DNA of 64,000 nucleotides from Eledone cirrhosa. Lineage: Eukaryota. The first letter of the stretch is position 1. Every line of letters starts with the position of its first letter. The stretch spans positions 280,550,001 to 280,614,000 of the forward strand of contig OZ024741.1 in the NCBI GenBank assembly GCA_964016885.1, read 5' to 3'. The translations under genes were made by a program, and so were the position numbers. The notes beneath the pieces are model-generated. The model did not search any database and was not told the origin of the DNA. It worked only from the letters and a program-made list of their open reading frames with translations. Positions 24,400 through 36,593 of this stretch are shown one piece after another.

Positions 24400-27300
24400 G
24401 GCGGACGGAGGCTCCATAAACCGCAATGTAGGCAGCTCGTCTAGGAGAGCTACCACTCCGAATAAATTGGTGCGGGGTAGAGGAGTCCCCTAAGTCCAGT
24501 AAGACAACTTCCCTAGTGCTGGTGGCACGAATAAAAGCACCCAGTCCATGCTGTAAAGTGGAGGGGTGGTTAGGGCCCCTGAGTTCAGTGAGACAACCTC
24601 TCTAGTGCTGGTGGCACGAATAAAAGCACCCAGTCCATGCTGTAAAGTGGTGCTGGTGTTAGGAAGGGCATTCAACCAGTACTACTGCCAAAATCTATGA
24701 GCGCGACGAATGAAATTTGCAACAACTGCGTTAACAGCAATAACATTAACCATGTTAGGGCTGCGCACGGTAGTGGGGTGGCTGGTGTGGCCATGTGTGA
24801 GAACCCCACGACCATTATCAAGCAATCGCACAACAGGAAAAAGAATGAGTTGTCGCATCTCAGAGTTGCCACACTTAATGTTGGCACTCTAACAGGTAGA
24901 TCTGGTGAGATAGCGGAGATGCTGGAGAGAAAGCATGTGGATGTGTGCTGTGTGCAAGAGGTGTGATGGAGAGGTGCCTCTGGAAGACTAATTGCAGGCA
25001 AATATTGTAGTTTTAAGCTTTTCTGGGTGGGTAATGATGATGGGTTAGGTGGGGTGGGCATATTACTGGCTGAGAGAAGGATCAATAAGACGATAGAGGT
25101 GTTAGAGTTAGTAATAGAATAATAAAGCTTAGGTTAGTTGTAGGCAAGAGACTACTGACAATCATCTCTGCCTATGCTCCCCAGGCAGGCCTAGGTAAAG
25201 AAGAGAAAGACTGCTTTTACGAGCAACTTTTACAAACAGCCTTAATGATAGACGACAGAGACATTGTTATGCTAGCAGGGGACTTCAATGGACATGTTGG
25301 ACAGCTCCAGGATGGATACACTGGGGTACATGGTGGGCACGGTTATGGCTCAAGAAATGAAGAAGGAGTGACGCTTCTTGAATTTTGTGATGCAATTGCA
25401 CTAACCATTTGCAACACTAACTTCCAGAAGCCTAACAACCACCTAATAGCCTACAAATCAGGCGAGCACATAAGCCAGATTGACTTCCTGCTAGTTAGAC
25501 AGCGAGACAGACAGATGGTGTCAAATACTAAGGCTTACCCAAGGGAAGAATGTACCCCGCAGCATAGGTTAGTCGTTAGTGACATCTCAGTAAGCAAGAG
25601 AAAGAATGAGACATACAGGAAGGTGTGGAAAAGAAATGTCTGGAAGCTAAAAGACCTTTCATTAAAATATAAATTTAGCAAAGCCCTTCAAGATGTGTAC
25701 GACGAAAAAGAAGACGGTTTAGAGTTGTATGACATAGATGATAACTGGAATTTCTTGCATGACAACTTACTGCAGGCTACTGAACAAACTTGTGGCTGGA
25801 GCAGAGCTTCCACCAGACAGAGAGTGACCTGGTGGTGGAACAGCACGGTAGATAGGGCCATTAGAGACAAAAGACTGGCATGGAAAGCTTGGAAAAATGG
25901 TGGGAGTAGAGACGGATACACAGCCGTTAAGAGAGAAGCTAGACGTCAGGTGTACTTAGCACGCAGGGAGGCTGAGAGTAGGAGGTTTGCCAATGTTCTG
26001 CGACGGGAAGATCAGAGACGTGCGGTGTTCCGCATTGCAAGGCAGTGTACAACAGTAAAAGTACAAAGTACAACAGATGCCCTCCTCATAGTGAAGCAAC
26101 TACAAGAGAGGTTCTTAGAGAAGAATAAGCCACTATACTTAGCTTTTGTTGACCTAGAGAAGGCCTTTGATAGGGTACCCCGATCTGTCATCTGGTGGTC
26201 CCTAAGGAAACTAGGGGTAGAGGAATGGCTTGTGAGGACAGTGCAAGCTATGTACAGGGGTGCTGTCAGTAAAGTCAAGGTAGGAATGGAGTTTAGTGAG
26301 GAATTCCAGATACAAGTAGGTGTACATCAAGGTTCTGTCCTCAGTCCACTCTTGTTCATTATAGTCCTCCAAGCCATAATGGAGGAGTTTAAGACTGGAT
26401 GCCCATGGGAACTTCTTTATGCTGATGATCTGGTTCTTATAGCAGAATCAGTAAAGGAGCTAGAGAATAAATTCTGGCTATGGAAACAGCAGTTGGAATC
26501 AAGAGGCCTGAGAGTGAACATAGCTAAAACAAAGGCGTTGATAAGTAGAAGAGAGGACAATAGTCTGATTCCATCAGGGAAATGGCCATGTTCGATATGT
26601 AGGAAAGGAACTAGCATAAATTCCATAAAATGTACGCAATGCAGAACTTGGGTACACAAGATATGTAGTGGGATAGTAGGCAAACTAACAGGTAGGGAAA
26701 ACTATGTATGCAGTAGATGTACATGGAAAGTTGGCAGTAGTAATCGATGTGATAGACTCATTTTTCCAATGCAGGTGGGTTCTATAGACGTTGTTGATAG
26801 CTTCTGGTACCTAGGTGATCAGATTAGCATGTGAGGGGGTGTTCCGAGGCCATAGTACTTAGAATAAGGACAGGTTGGAAGAAGTTTAGGGAGCTGCTCC
26901 CTCTGTTGACAAAGAAGGGTTCCTCCCTGCATACGAAATGACGGTTATATGATGCCTGTGTGAGATGCGCGATGATGCATGGTAGTGAGACATGGGCAGC
27001 AACTGCAGAAGATATGCAACGGCTGGAGAGAAATGAAGCAAGTATGCTCCGTTAGATGTGCAATGTCAATGTGCATGAACGACCAAGCATGGACGAGTTG
27101 AGAAAGAAACTGGGTATAAGAGGGATAAGTTGTGGTGTGCAGGAGAGAAGGCTGAGATGGTATGGACATGTGATGCGCATGGAGGATGACCGATGGGTGA
27201 AGAAGTGCCAGGAAGTCCCAGTGGATGGAAGATGCAGTAGAGGTAGACCACGAAAAACATGGGTGGAGGTGGTGAGAACAGACCTCAGATCGCTGAAACT

Positions 27301-27401
27301 CACAGAGGAGATGACGAAGGACCTTGACGGGTGGAGAGATGCTGTGCTGAATAGGACCTGTCCAACCCTTGCAAGCAGGGGAAAGCGGACGTAAAATTAT
27401 G

Positions 27402-27405
<4 letters not shown>
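24400..27405 (+). mobile_element. RTE-clade LINE, near full-length, pseudogenised (APE + RT + PHD finger)
   Basis: LRVATLNVGTL, CCVQEV, GDFNGHVG, SQIDF (APE); AFVDLEKAFDRVP, QGSVLSPLLF, LLYADDLVL (RT); ERRLRWYGHV. Contains stops and an internal deletion. Confidence 0.95.
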
Positions 27406-27435
<30 letters not shown>

Positions 27436-27494
27436 TATACGTATATATATATTGTAATGTTCTCGCAACTGGTGCAGCCAGTTGTTGAGGTGCC

Positions 27495-29265
27495 ACTCTA
27501 GAGGCTTTTACAGTCAGTTATTGCCATTGGTCTCTATTCTCCATCATGCATAGAAGGGTCTCGATGTTGTGACCAGTCTAGTCTTTGATGTTGTTGGACC
27601 AGGATTTTCTTTGTCTGCCTCTTCTTCACCATCCCTTGACTGTGCCCTGAAGGATGGTTTTGGACAAGTTGTGGCGGGATATATGACCATACCAGGCAAG
27701 CTTCCATCTTTTCACTATTGCAGGGAGTGATACCTGTCTGCCAGCATATTTGTTAACTTGCTGCATGTCAAAGCTGTTTGCTTTGTCCTCCATGAATGGG
27801 GTGTGTAACATCCTTCTGAAGCACTTGTATTCAAATGATTGGAATCTTCATTCCATGTTAACTGTAAGAGTCCAACTCCCACATCCTTACAAAAGATCAA
27901 AATCACCAAGGACTTGTACAGTTTGAGCTTCATTAGAAAACTGATGGAGTTGCTTTTCCATATGACATTCAGCTTTCCCATGGCAGAAGTGGCCTGGGCA
28001 AATCTTGTCAGAATCTCCTTTTGAGATTGGCCATATTTGGGCAGAGTGGATCCTAGGTTCTTGAAGGTGTCCACTTCTTCAAGTCTTCCTCAGTTCAACA
28101 TAATGCTGGTTGCTGTATTCTGATTATTACTGTTAACCAAAATCTTGCTCTTTTCTGAGCTGATCTTCATTCCATATGCTCTTGATACTTTTTCCAATCT
28201 GGTAGTCAGCTCCTGGAGTTCTGATTCATTGCTTCCTAACAGGTCAATCTCATCACAAATCACAGTTTAGAAATGGGCCATCTTGCAATGGAAACTGAGG
28301 TTTTGGGGAGTCTCTTGCATGATGTTTTCCAGGAAGATGTTTAAAAGCACAGGAGAAAGGAGAGACCCTTGTCAAACTCCCACTGTTGTTCTGAAGAATT
28401 CTCCAATGTTGTTATTCAAGAGAACTGCACTGTTTGAGTTGTCATATAGTGCTTTAATTCAAGAGGTTGATATCAATGTTGTAATCCTTCATCACCTTCC
28501 ACAGACCCTCATGCCAAAAACGGTCAAAGGTTTTTTCAAAGTCAATGAAGTTAAGATAGCGGTCAGATTGGTGCTGCAGATGTTACTCAATGATTAGTTT
28601 GATATATATCTGTTCTCTTGTACTTCTTGTGGGCCTGAATCCTACATGTTCTTCTGCCAGGATTTCTCCTGTTTTTGCTGGGGTGGCTAATGAGGCTGAT
28701 TGTTCTGTAATTCTGGCAGAGTCTTAAGTTTCCTTTTTGGGGAATGAGTATTATTAGGAATTGGGTCCACTTCTTTGTTTCCCATATCTTCTGACAGGTA
28801 ACTGTCAGTCATTAATAAGTTTCGGCCTTCTATATTTTAGGAGCTCTGATGGAATGTTATTGACTCCAGAAGATTTACTATCCTTAAGCATGTGCATCGC
28901 CTCTTTGATTCCTACTGGAAAATTGGAATATCCTCAATTTCATTATTCTTATTGGTGGAATTGTCCAGGATGTTGATGTCATGTCTGAGTTTGTGGTTAT
29001 ATCTTTTGATGACATTGGCCTCATCTGTGAGGAGCAAGCCAGTTTTGTCCTCCATGGCAGTGGTAGTGTATTGCTTTCTTTTTGTTAGCATTTTGAGGGT
29101 TTCATAAGCAGCCTTGCTGTTGCCATTTTTTATTCCAGCTTCAATGTTTTTGCACTGGTCTGATATCCACTTCTCTTTATCTTCCCTCATTTTCTTCCTC
29201 ACCTTCCTATTCATAGCATTATATTGTTGTCTTGATCTGTTAGTTTGGTCTTCCTCAAAATTGCT
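27495..29265 (-). mobile_element. Decayed RTE (BovB-like) LINE fragment
   Basis: EEVDTFKNLGSTL...ILTR.AQATSAM.KL..IWKS.SIS...KLKLYKSLV; KLAWYGHI.RH.LSKTILQGTV.G. Confidence 0.85.
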
Positions 29266-30233
29266 ACAGAAATGTACTCACCTGTGCACATGCACATGTA
29301 GCCATGCATGTGCATACAGATGCATGCACATACATACACACGCACATGTGCATACACATGCACGCAGCCACAGCAGCAGCAACAAAAGTTGTAGGTGTTA
29401 CATATACCTGCTGCTATGACAGTTTCAGTAGACATAGTTTAAGGTATGATATAGTATGATATATCTGGATCAACAGATATCTGCACTTTGTTGTTTGTCT
29501 GACTATGGATGTGTTATAGTTCCTCTCAATCTAATCTAACCTGTGGCTCAGCCTCAACATAAATATACCTCACACACACACACAGCCGAGACAAAATAAT
29601 AGGGGTTACATACATATCCCTGCCACAAAACACACACACACACACACCAGAGACAAAATAGGAGTTACAACATAAACACACTACGCATACATACACAGAG
29701 CAAAGACAAAATAGTAGGAATTACATATCCCTGCCACAACATTCACAGCACTCATAGTTGAAGATATAATATATCTGAATTAACAGATCTGTAAGTTGCA
29801 CCTGGTCGTTTGGTTGACTGGACTATGTGCTATAGGTTGGCTTAATGTTGGCTAACCTGAAGCTACACAATAACAAGGATAAAATGGATACTCAGGAGCT
29901 GCATTTTAGAATCCAATCCTAAAACTGGTTGTTTTGACACAGTTCACTACACTTCAACATTTGACACAGTCCACTGGCTTTATATGACATTCAATTTATC
30001 TGCTACCACTTTAAAACTAACAAATTATGATTCAGTATGCTCTCAGCCTAAGTTAACACCCCTCTATATAATTTACTCACGATTTAATCAACTTTCATAA
30101 CAATCACTCTATGATTACAGGTTTCAGACATTAATCCTTAATTAATAGGCTAAGAAACCTAATAATACTATTACTGACATGTAATTGTGGACCCATCATC
30201 AAATAAGCACCAGTTGTGTTTTACCAATGTAAT

Positions 30234-30343
<110 letters not shown>

Positions 30344-30365
30344 GATATGTGTGTGTGTATGTATG

Positions 30366-30396
<31 letters not shown>

Positions 30397-30885
30397 ATGT
30401 ATGTATATATATATGTGTGTGTGTATGTATGTATATATATGTGTGTGTGTGTGTATATATGTATATATAGTTATATATGCCAACACAGAAATATTCATTA
30501 CCTCCCTGTATGATCTGAGTTCAAATCCCGCCGAGGTTAACTTTGCCTTTCATCCTTACGGGGTCGATAAAATAAAGTACCAGTAATGCACTGGGTAATT
30601 GCTGGCCTTGTGCCAAAAGTAGAAACAATTATCATTTAACATCCATTTTTTCCTTCTAGCAAGGGTTGGATGGGTTTTCACACACAGACCAAGTTAGTAC
30701 TCAAGTGGGTTTACTGACCTTTCAATTGCATCTCACTTACATAGTGCCCCAGACTTTACTGATTGCATTTTATCATGACACTCACATTAGTGATGTCTTT
30801 AGCACAACTGAATAGATCTCCTGGCTCCTTGTTTGGCAGGTTTTCTATGGTTGAATGCCTTTCTTATGTGTGTGTGTCTATATAT

Positions 30886-31282
30886 CATCATTTTACGTCC
30901 GCTTTTCCCTGCTTGCAAGGGTGGGACGGGAACTGATTCTGGCTTGATTTCTACAGCTGGATGCCCTTCCTAACACCAACCTCATTTACAGTGAGTGCTG
31001 GGTACTTTTTTTTCCGTGGCACCTCCACGTCCACTTTACAGTGTGGGCTGTGTGCTTTTTTGCCATGGCACCTCCATGACCACTTTGCAGTTGAATGATA
31101 GGGACACCAGTCCTACCATCTCATTTCTACAGCTGAGTAAACTGGAGCAATGTGAAATAAAGTGTCTTACTCAAGGAAATGTTGTTTTCTTGAGCAAGAC
31201 ACTTTATTTCACATTGGTCTGAGAATTGAACTCACAACCTTTCGATAGCAAGGCCAATCTAACCACTAAGCCATGTGCCTCC
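30886..31282 (-). mobile_element. Second full-length copy of the same SINE
   Basis: Co-linear with 23434-23839, with an internal deletion in the tail. Confidence 0.8.
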
Positions 31283-31327
<45 letters not shown>

Positions 31328-31429
31328 ATGCTTTGGGAGGGCCATGTTGCTTTCACTTCAATTTATTATAGATTAAATTTATAAATTTCCGGTTGGTTGG
31401 TTCCACAACCAGACGATTGTTCATATATT

Positions 31430-31472
31430 GTCAAAGTTCTTTCGTCACACATTCTGTGACCGCTTCAGTGAC
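31430..31472 (-). ncRNA. Inverted copy of the 32661 hammerhead motif, core mutated
   Basis: Reverse complement of 32661-32703 with CTGAAGA changed to CTGAAGC. Confidence 0.55.
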
Positions 31473-32660
31473 TGGCGATTCTTTTCTTTGTTTTTGTGCC
31501 TCTCCTTTGTTCTGTCTTACGCCATCTTGTTTTTGTGTGTGTTGTGTGCTTAGTTTGCGCATGTGTTACATCCGGGTGTCTGTGTGTGTTTATATTTGTT
31601 TATTTATTTGTTTATTTACATGTTACTGGTTGGTTGTTTGTTCTGTGTGTGTGTGTGTGTGTGTGTGTTTTCATTTTGTCCTTAATTGTAAGTTGTGATG
31701 TTGCTATTCCATTCATGTTTTCTATTTAATTTTGGTTGGAGTTCATTTATGTTTATTGCCTCTGTGATTTGTCTAAACATTGCGTCTTTTCTGTGTGTAG
31801 ATTCTATTTTTATTTCTATGTTCTCTAATTTACCCTTATGTTCTATTTTAGCATGTTGGTGGAGTACAGATGATTCTTTACTATCTTGAAGCTCTCGCCA
31901 GTGTTCATTTATCCGTTCTCCTATACTACGAGCTGTCTCACCTATGTACACTATATTCTTAGCTTATAAATTTAGAAGGGCCCTAGATAAACATAAACTC
32001 AATATTAAGATAGTAGAAAGACCAGGTACCTCCATAAAAACAATTATTAGCAATACATACCCTTTCCAAAGACCTCCCTGTATAGATAAGAAATGTATAA
32101 TCTGTAAACTAAGCCCCCATATTAACTGTAAAACTAGAAATGTAGTATATAGCATAAGATGTACTGAAGGACAATGTAGAGATAAGAATATAGTGTACAT
32201 AGGTGAGACAGCTCGTAGTATAGGAGAACGGATAAATGAACACTGGCGAGAGTTTCAAGATAGTAAAGAATCATCTGTACTCCACCAACATGCTAAAATA
32301 GAACATAAGGGTAAATTAGAGAACATAGAAATAAAAATAGAATCTACACGCAGAAAAGACGCAATGTTTAGACAAATCACAGAGGCAATAAACATAAATG
32401 AACTCCAACCAAAATTAAATAGAAAACATAAATGGAATAGCAACATCACAACTTACAATTAAGGACAAAATGAAACACACACACACATAGAACAAACAAC
32501 CAACCAGTAACATGTAAATAAACAAATAAATAAACAAATATAAACACACACAGATACCCGGATGTAACACATGCGCAAACTAAGCACACAACACACACAA
32601 AAACAAGATGGCGTAGGACAGAACAAAGGAGAAGCACAAAAACAAAGAAAAGAATCCCCA

Positions 32661-32703
32661 GTCACTGAAGAGGTCACAGAATGTGTGACGAAAGAACTTT
32701 GAC
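32661..32703 (+). ncRNA. Hammerhead motif in Penelope-like element 3' region
   Basis: GTCA-CTGAAGA-G-GTCACA-GAATG-TGTGAC-GAAA-GAAC-TT-TGAC, about 200 nt after the GIY-YIG stop codon. Confidence 0.65.
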
Positions 32704-32920
32704 AATATATGAACAATCGTCTGGTTGTGGAACCAACCAACCAACCAACCGGAAATTTATAAATTCTTTAATTTATAATAAATTGAAGTGAAAGCAACTG
32801 ATGCGTGTGTTTCTTATTGGCAACATGACCCTCCCAAGGTATAACAATATCGGTTTCAACACACGTTTTCAGATAAAGAATCTTCCTAAACAAATTCAGA
32901 AACGAAATATATACATATAT

Positions 32921-33129
32921 ATAATATAAGATCAAAAGATGGTTAAAAGAGTTCCATGTATTTTATTATGCGCATTTCAAAAACAAATATGATCATGGGA
33001 TGATACTTGCGTTCTCATCATTCTTTATCTGATGAGAACGCAAGTATCATCCCATGAGGATATTTGTTTTTGAAATGCGCATAATAAAATACATGGAACT
33101 CTTTTAACCATCTTTTGATCTTATATTAT
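32921..33129. repeat. Inverted repeat, 100-bp arms, 9-nt spacer, 2 mismatches
   Basis: 32921-33020 is the reverse complement of 33030-33129; contains the 33024 hammerhead. Confidence 0.95.
33024..33088 (+). ncRNA. Type I hammerhead ribozyme motif (intact core)
   Basis: TTTAT-CTGATGA-GAACGCAAGTATC..GATATTTGTTTTT-GAAA-TGCGCA-TA-ATAAA. Palindromic stem III ATGCGCAT. Predicted cut after 33083. Confidence 0.78.
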
Positions 33130-33300
33130 TTATACTCCAGTCCTATAAACTGTTGAGTGCTACTTATCCGATATTTACATTGCTTTATTGTGCTACAATA
33201 AAACTCACCTCCTACATATATATATATATATATAGTGGTAGAACACTGGAAGGTAATATCCGTAGTGGTAGAACACTCAGTCCATGGGACGAGTTAGGTA

Positions 33301-33741
33301 GAAGTTGTTGCACAACAGTTAGTTCACCATACCGAGAACAATTGTTTCACCTTAGCGGATCCTCAGCTCGTAATGGGCATGGTTATACGGAACAGGAAGG
33401 ACAACCGTACGAACGCGCATGCGCAGAAACCCGTCACTTCACACAGGCAATACTAAAATGCATGCGAGAGTTGTAAGGGAGATAACTGCGAAAGTCCGAA
33501 AAGTTTTTAGTTGATAAGAAAAAATATTGATGTTGTTACAATAATTCATTCAATCCGGAGCTTTGTAGTTATGCAATAGGTGTTTTTAGTATTGCCTGTG
33601 TGAAGTGATGGGTTTCTGCACATGCGCGTTCGTACGGTTGTCCTTCCTGTTCCGTATAACCATGCCCATTACGAACTGAGGATCCGCTAAGGTGAAACAA
33701 TTGTTCTCGGTATGGTGAACTAACTGTTGTGTAACCACTTC
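33301..33741. mobile_element. MITE with about 157-bp TIRs and TA flanks
   Basis: 33301-33458 is the reverse complement of about 33585-33741 with few mismatches; CpGs retained. Confidence 0.85.
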
Positions 33742-35215
33742 TATATATATATATATGAGAGAGATAGAGACCTAGCAACGGCTGATGAGTGGGTATCTTC
33801 CTTGTACCCATCTTTTCCAAGTTTTCTGTATCCCTCATATCCCATCTGTTATCTGTTATTTTTTTTACCAATATCATCCATAAACAACACAACACAGCCT
33901 GATTTTGAAGTCCAAGCTTTTGTTATATATATATGCACACAGGCACAGACAGGCATAGAGAGAGCTAACTAGCTCAGCCATCGTGCAGTAACTCTTTACA
34001 ATACCTACTCTACTTTCCTAAGTATTAATTATTTAGCTGAACAATGGTTTTACTTGTTTAAACTGGTAACTCCCAATATATATATATATATATATGTGTG
34101 TGTGTATATATATATGTGAGACTTTTTTCCTACTATATCAAGCATTAAACTAATATCTATCTTCATTGTACTGTATCATCTGGTTACTTTTTACACACAC
34201 ACACGCTCGCGCGCGCGAATGAAAGAATATGTTTGATATGCTTTATTCATATCAAGCATATCCTTTCATTAACATATCATTATTTCGTTTTTCTATGCTA
34301 GCATGGGTTGCACAAGACATGTTTTAGGCACTATTCTACAACCAGTCGATCTCCATGACACCAATCTTTTCTTTTTTTTTTTCTTATTTTGAAGAGAATT
34401 TCAATCAGTCTGGTCTTTGTAAATGTTTTTGTGTGGGTTTGTGGTGCACATCCTTGCATCCAATTATTAGGTTCTAAATTTTAAAACTAATTATATTTAG
34501 AATGTTTTGTAATATAATGTTAAGCAGTTCATTTTCATTATTGACATTTCTTTGAGGTATGATAGAGAACAACTGGTTCTCTTCAACAAACATTTAATGT
34601 TCTATCCAATTATTTCTTGGAGATTTGAAAGGATTTATTTCAAGTTAGGTTACCTTTGGGATTTTTCTTTTATATTATTTCCATTTTTGCAGTAAACCTT
34701 CTGTAGCCTTTATACTAATTCCAATTGATATTTTAAAATCTTGAGCTAGCCTGAATGTTTTACTTGTGACTCACTAACATTCACTCTTAACAAATAATAA
34801 TTGTGAGTTCATTCAGGAAATATATGTGGAAATGCTAAAGCCATTAAAATAAATGTAGAAATATCAAAACTTTTATAATACACACATATTATTTGAACTT
34901 TGAATATTCTATGTTCTACCAGTTAACTTTTAAAAATCTTGTTCTTTTGTTACATTTCCTTTGATTTGTTCGTGAAAATTGTTGACTTCTGGTATCACCC
35001 CCCCAAAAAAGTGTCGTTTCCAAGGATTCATAAACATAGACATGTAAATATGTGATCCAGTTATTGAATTTTAGAACTTTACAATTATGTTTGTCAATTA
35101 CTTTCTTAACTATAAGGAACTTGTAAATGCGATTATCTTTGTGATATTTCAAGAAATGTGTTATAAAAGACTGCATTTTATTGATTTCAAAGCGTCATTA
35201 GATTTTTTATATATA

Positions 35216-36520
35216 CAGGGTGCGGACGATATTTGTTCGCAAGATTACTGTCTATGAAAAAATAATTTAGTAGTTTTATTTTTTAAGATATATTTATCAA
35301 ACTTGGGTCATTTTTTTTCTTCAAGACTTGTTCTTTCGATCTTACTCGATAAATCCGCCATTGGCTTTGATGGCGGCCTCAAGGCAGCCTCGCAACCGGC
35401 TACAGGCCTTCGTCACTGTCCCCCGACTTAGGCCCGTAAAGGCACTTGTGATCCTGGCCTTCAGATCGTCTTTCGTATTGCAGCTAGATCTGTTGGTGTC
35501 TCGTTCCACTGCGCCCCACACAAAGAAGTCGAGGGGGCTGCAGTCAGGCGAGCTGGGAGACCAGATGTCAGGTGAAGTGTAGTCGACGAAGTTCTCTGAC
35601 AGCCAGGCTTGGGTCTTTCGGCTGGTATGGCAGGGCGCTGAGTCCTGCTGCCACACGTACGGCCTATCTGCAGCTACCTGGTCGATCCAGGGCTTTACTA
35701 CCTCGCTCAGAACGCGGATGTAGCCATCGGTGTTCAGCTTGAGGCCCTCAGGGAAGAAGTGAAGTGGCATGACGTCACCTTGACTGCTAATGACACCTAA
35801 GACCAATATTGTCGCTGGAAAGTTTGTCTGCATGACTCTGGGCACGTCTTTGGATGAGACAGCGAGCCACTTGTTGTTCTGGGAGTTGATCTTCTGGTCT
35901 GAGCAGAAGTTTTTCTCGTCGGAGAAAAACCACAATATGTCTGGCTCCAGTGGGTGTTTCAACTTGTTGATCAGCTTCTTTGTGTGCTTCAGTCGCTTAT
36001 CTTGCATCGCCTGGGACAGAAATTGTCCTTTACACATCTTCTTTGAAACGTAGCGAATGTCTTCATGTACCACCAGCCTAATGAGCTTTCATCCACGCCT
36101 TTCTCCCTTGCAATTGCACGCATCGACTTGCTAGGTTCATTGTTGATGATATCCTGAACTTCAGCGACGAACTCGGGCGTTCTGAAGGCGTCAGATCGTC
36201 GATCATGTGTTTTCCTCTCTGATGTTTCTTCGTAGTCAAATCCTGAATCTTCCAATTCCTTTCTGACCTTTTCCACCATTCTCCTGCTGATGCTGAGAAA
36301 GTCTGAAATTTCCTTATTTGTCCTCCCGGCGCGGATTCGAAGAACTCCGTGTCTCTTCCACAAATTTGGAGGTTCAAAATTATTCATAACCAATTATTCT
36401 GAAAATAAATAATGGAAATATAGTCACTGTTTTTATGAAGACAAGAGTGACAACAGAAGTAAAAAGAATTTGCACAAAATTAGCAGTTGAAAATTGCGAA
36501 CAAATATCGTCCACACCCTG
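35216..36520 (-). mobile_element. Full-length Tc1/mariner DD37D (maT/mori-type) transposon
   Basis: 27-bp TIRs CAGGGTGYGGACGATATTTGTTCGCAA and TA target duplication. Transposase 36387-35342 with WFFSDEK, WQQDSAPCH, SPDCSPLDF (37 aa between 2nd and 3rd D); one frameshift near 36078. Confidence 0.95.
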
Positions 36521-36593
36521 TATATATATATGCAAAAGGCAAACAGAAATAACAAAGCAAACGACACAGTACAATGATATAGTAGGAAAATAG

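Larger units (their letters stand above)
31320..32850 (+). mobile_element. Young Penelope-like element, 5'-truncated, with an inverted duplicate of its 3' end
   Basis: ORF 31944-32462 encodes GIY-YIG (NVVYSIRC...VYIGETARS.GER.NEH...RQITEA..I....PKLN). 31320-31961 is the reverse complement of about 32183-32850. Confidence 0.92.

Noticed and set aside
24338-24430. HDV-like ribozyme at the RTE 5' end (CAC-TCCCTC-GTG as P3/L3)
   Set aside because: No GG for P1.1 after the putative P1, and no convincing P2 or P4.
25245-26834. 529-aa ORF as a host gene or functional RT
   Set aside because: Part of an RTE LINE with upstream and downstream stops and deletion of the N-terminal RT region.
33780-33820. 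CTGATGA followed by a GTGGGTA/TACCCAT hairpin
   Set aside because: No GAAA or stem III follows; incomplete core.
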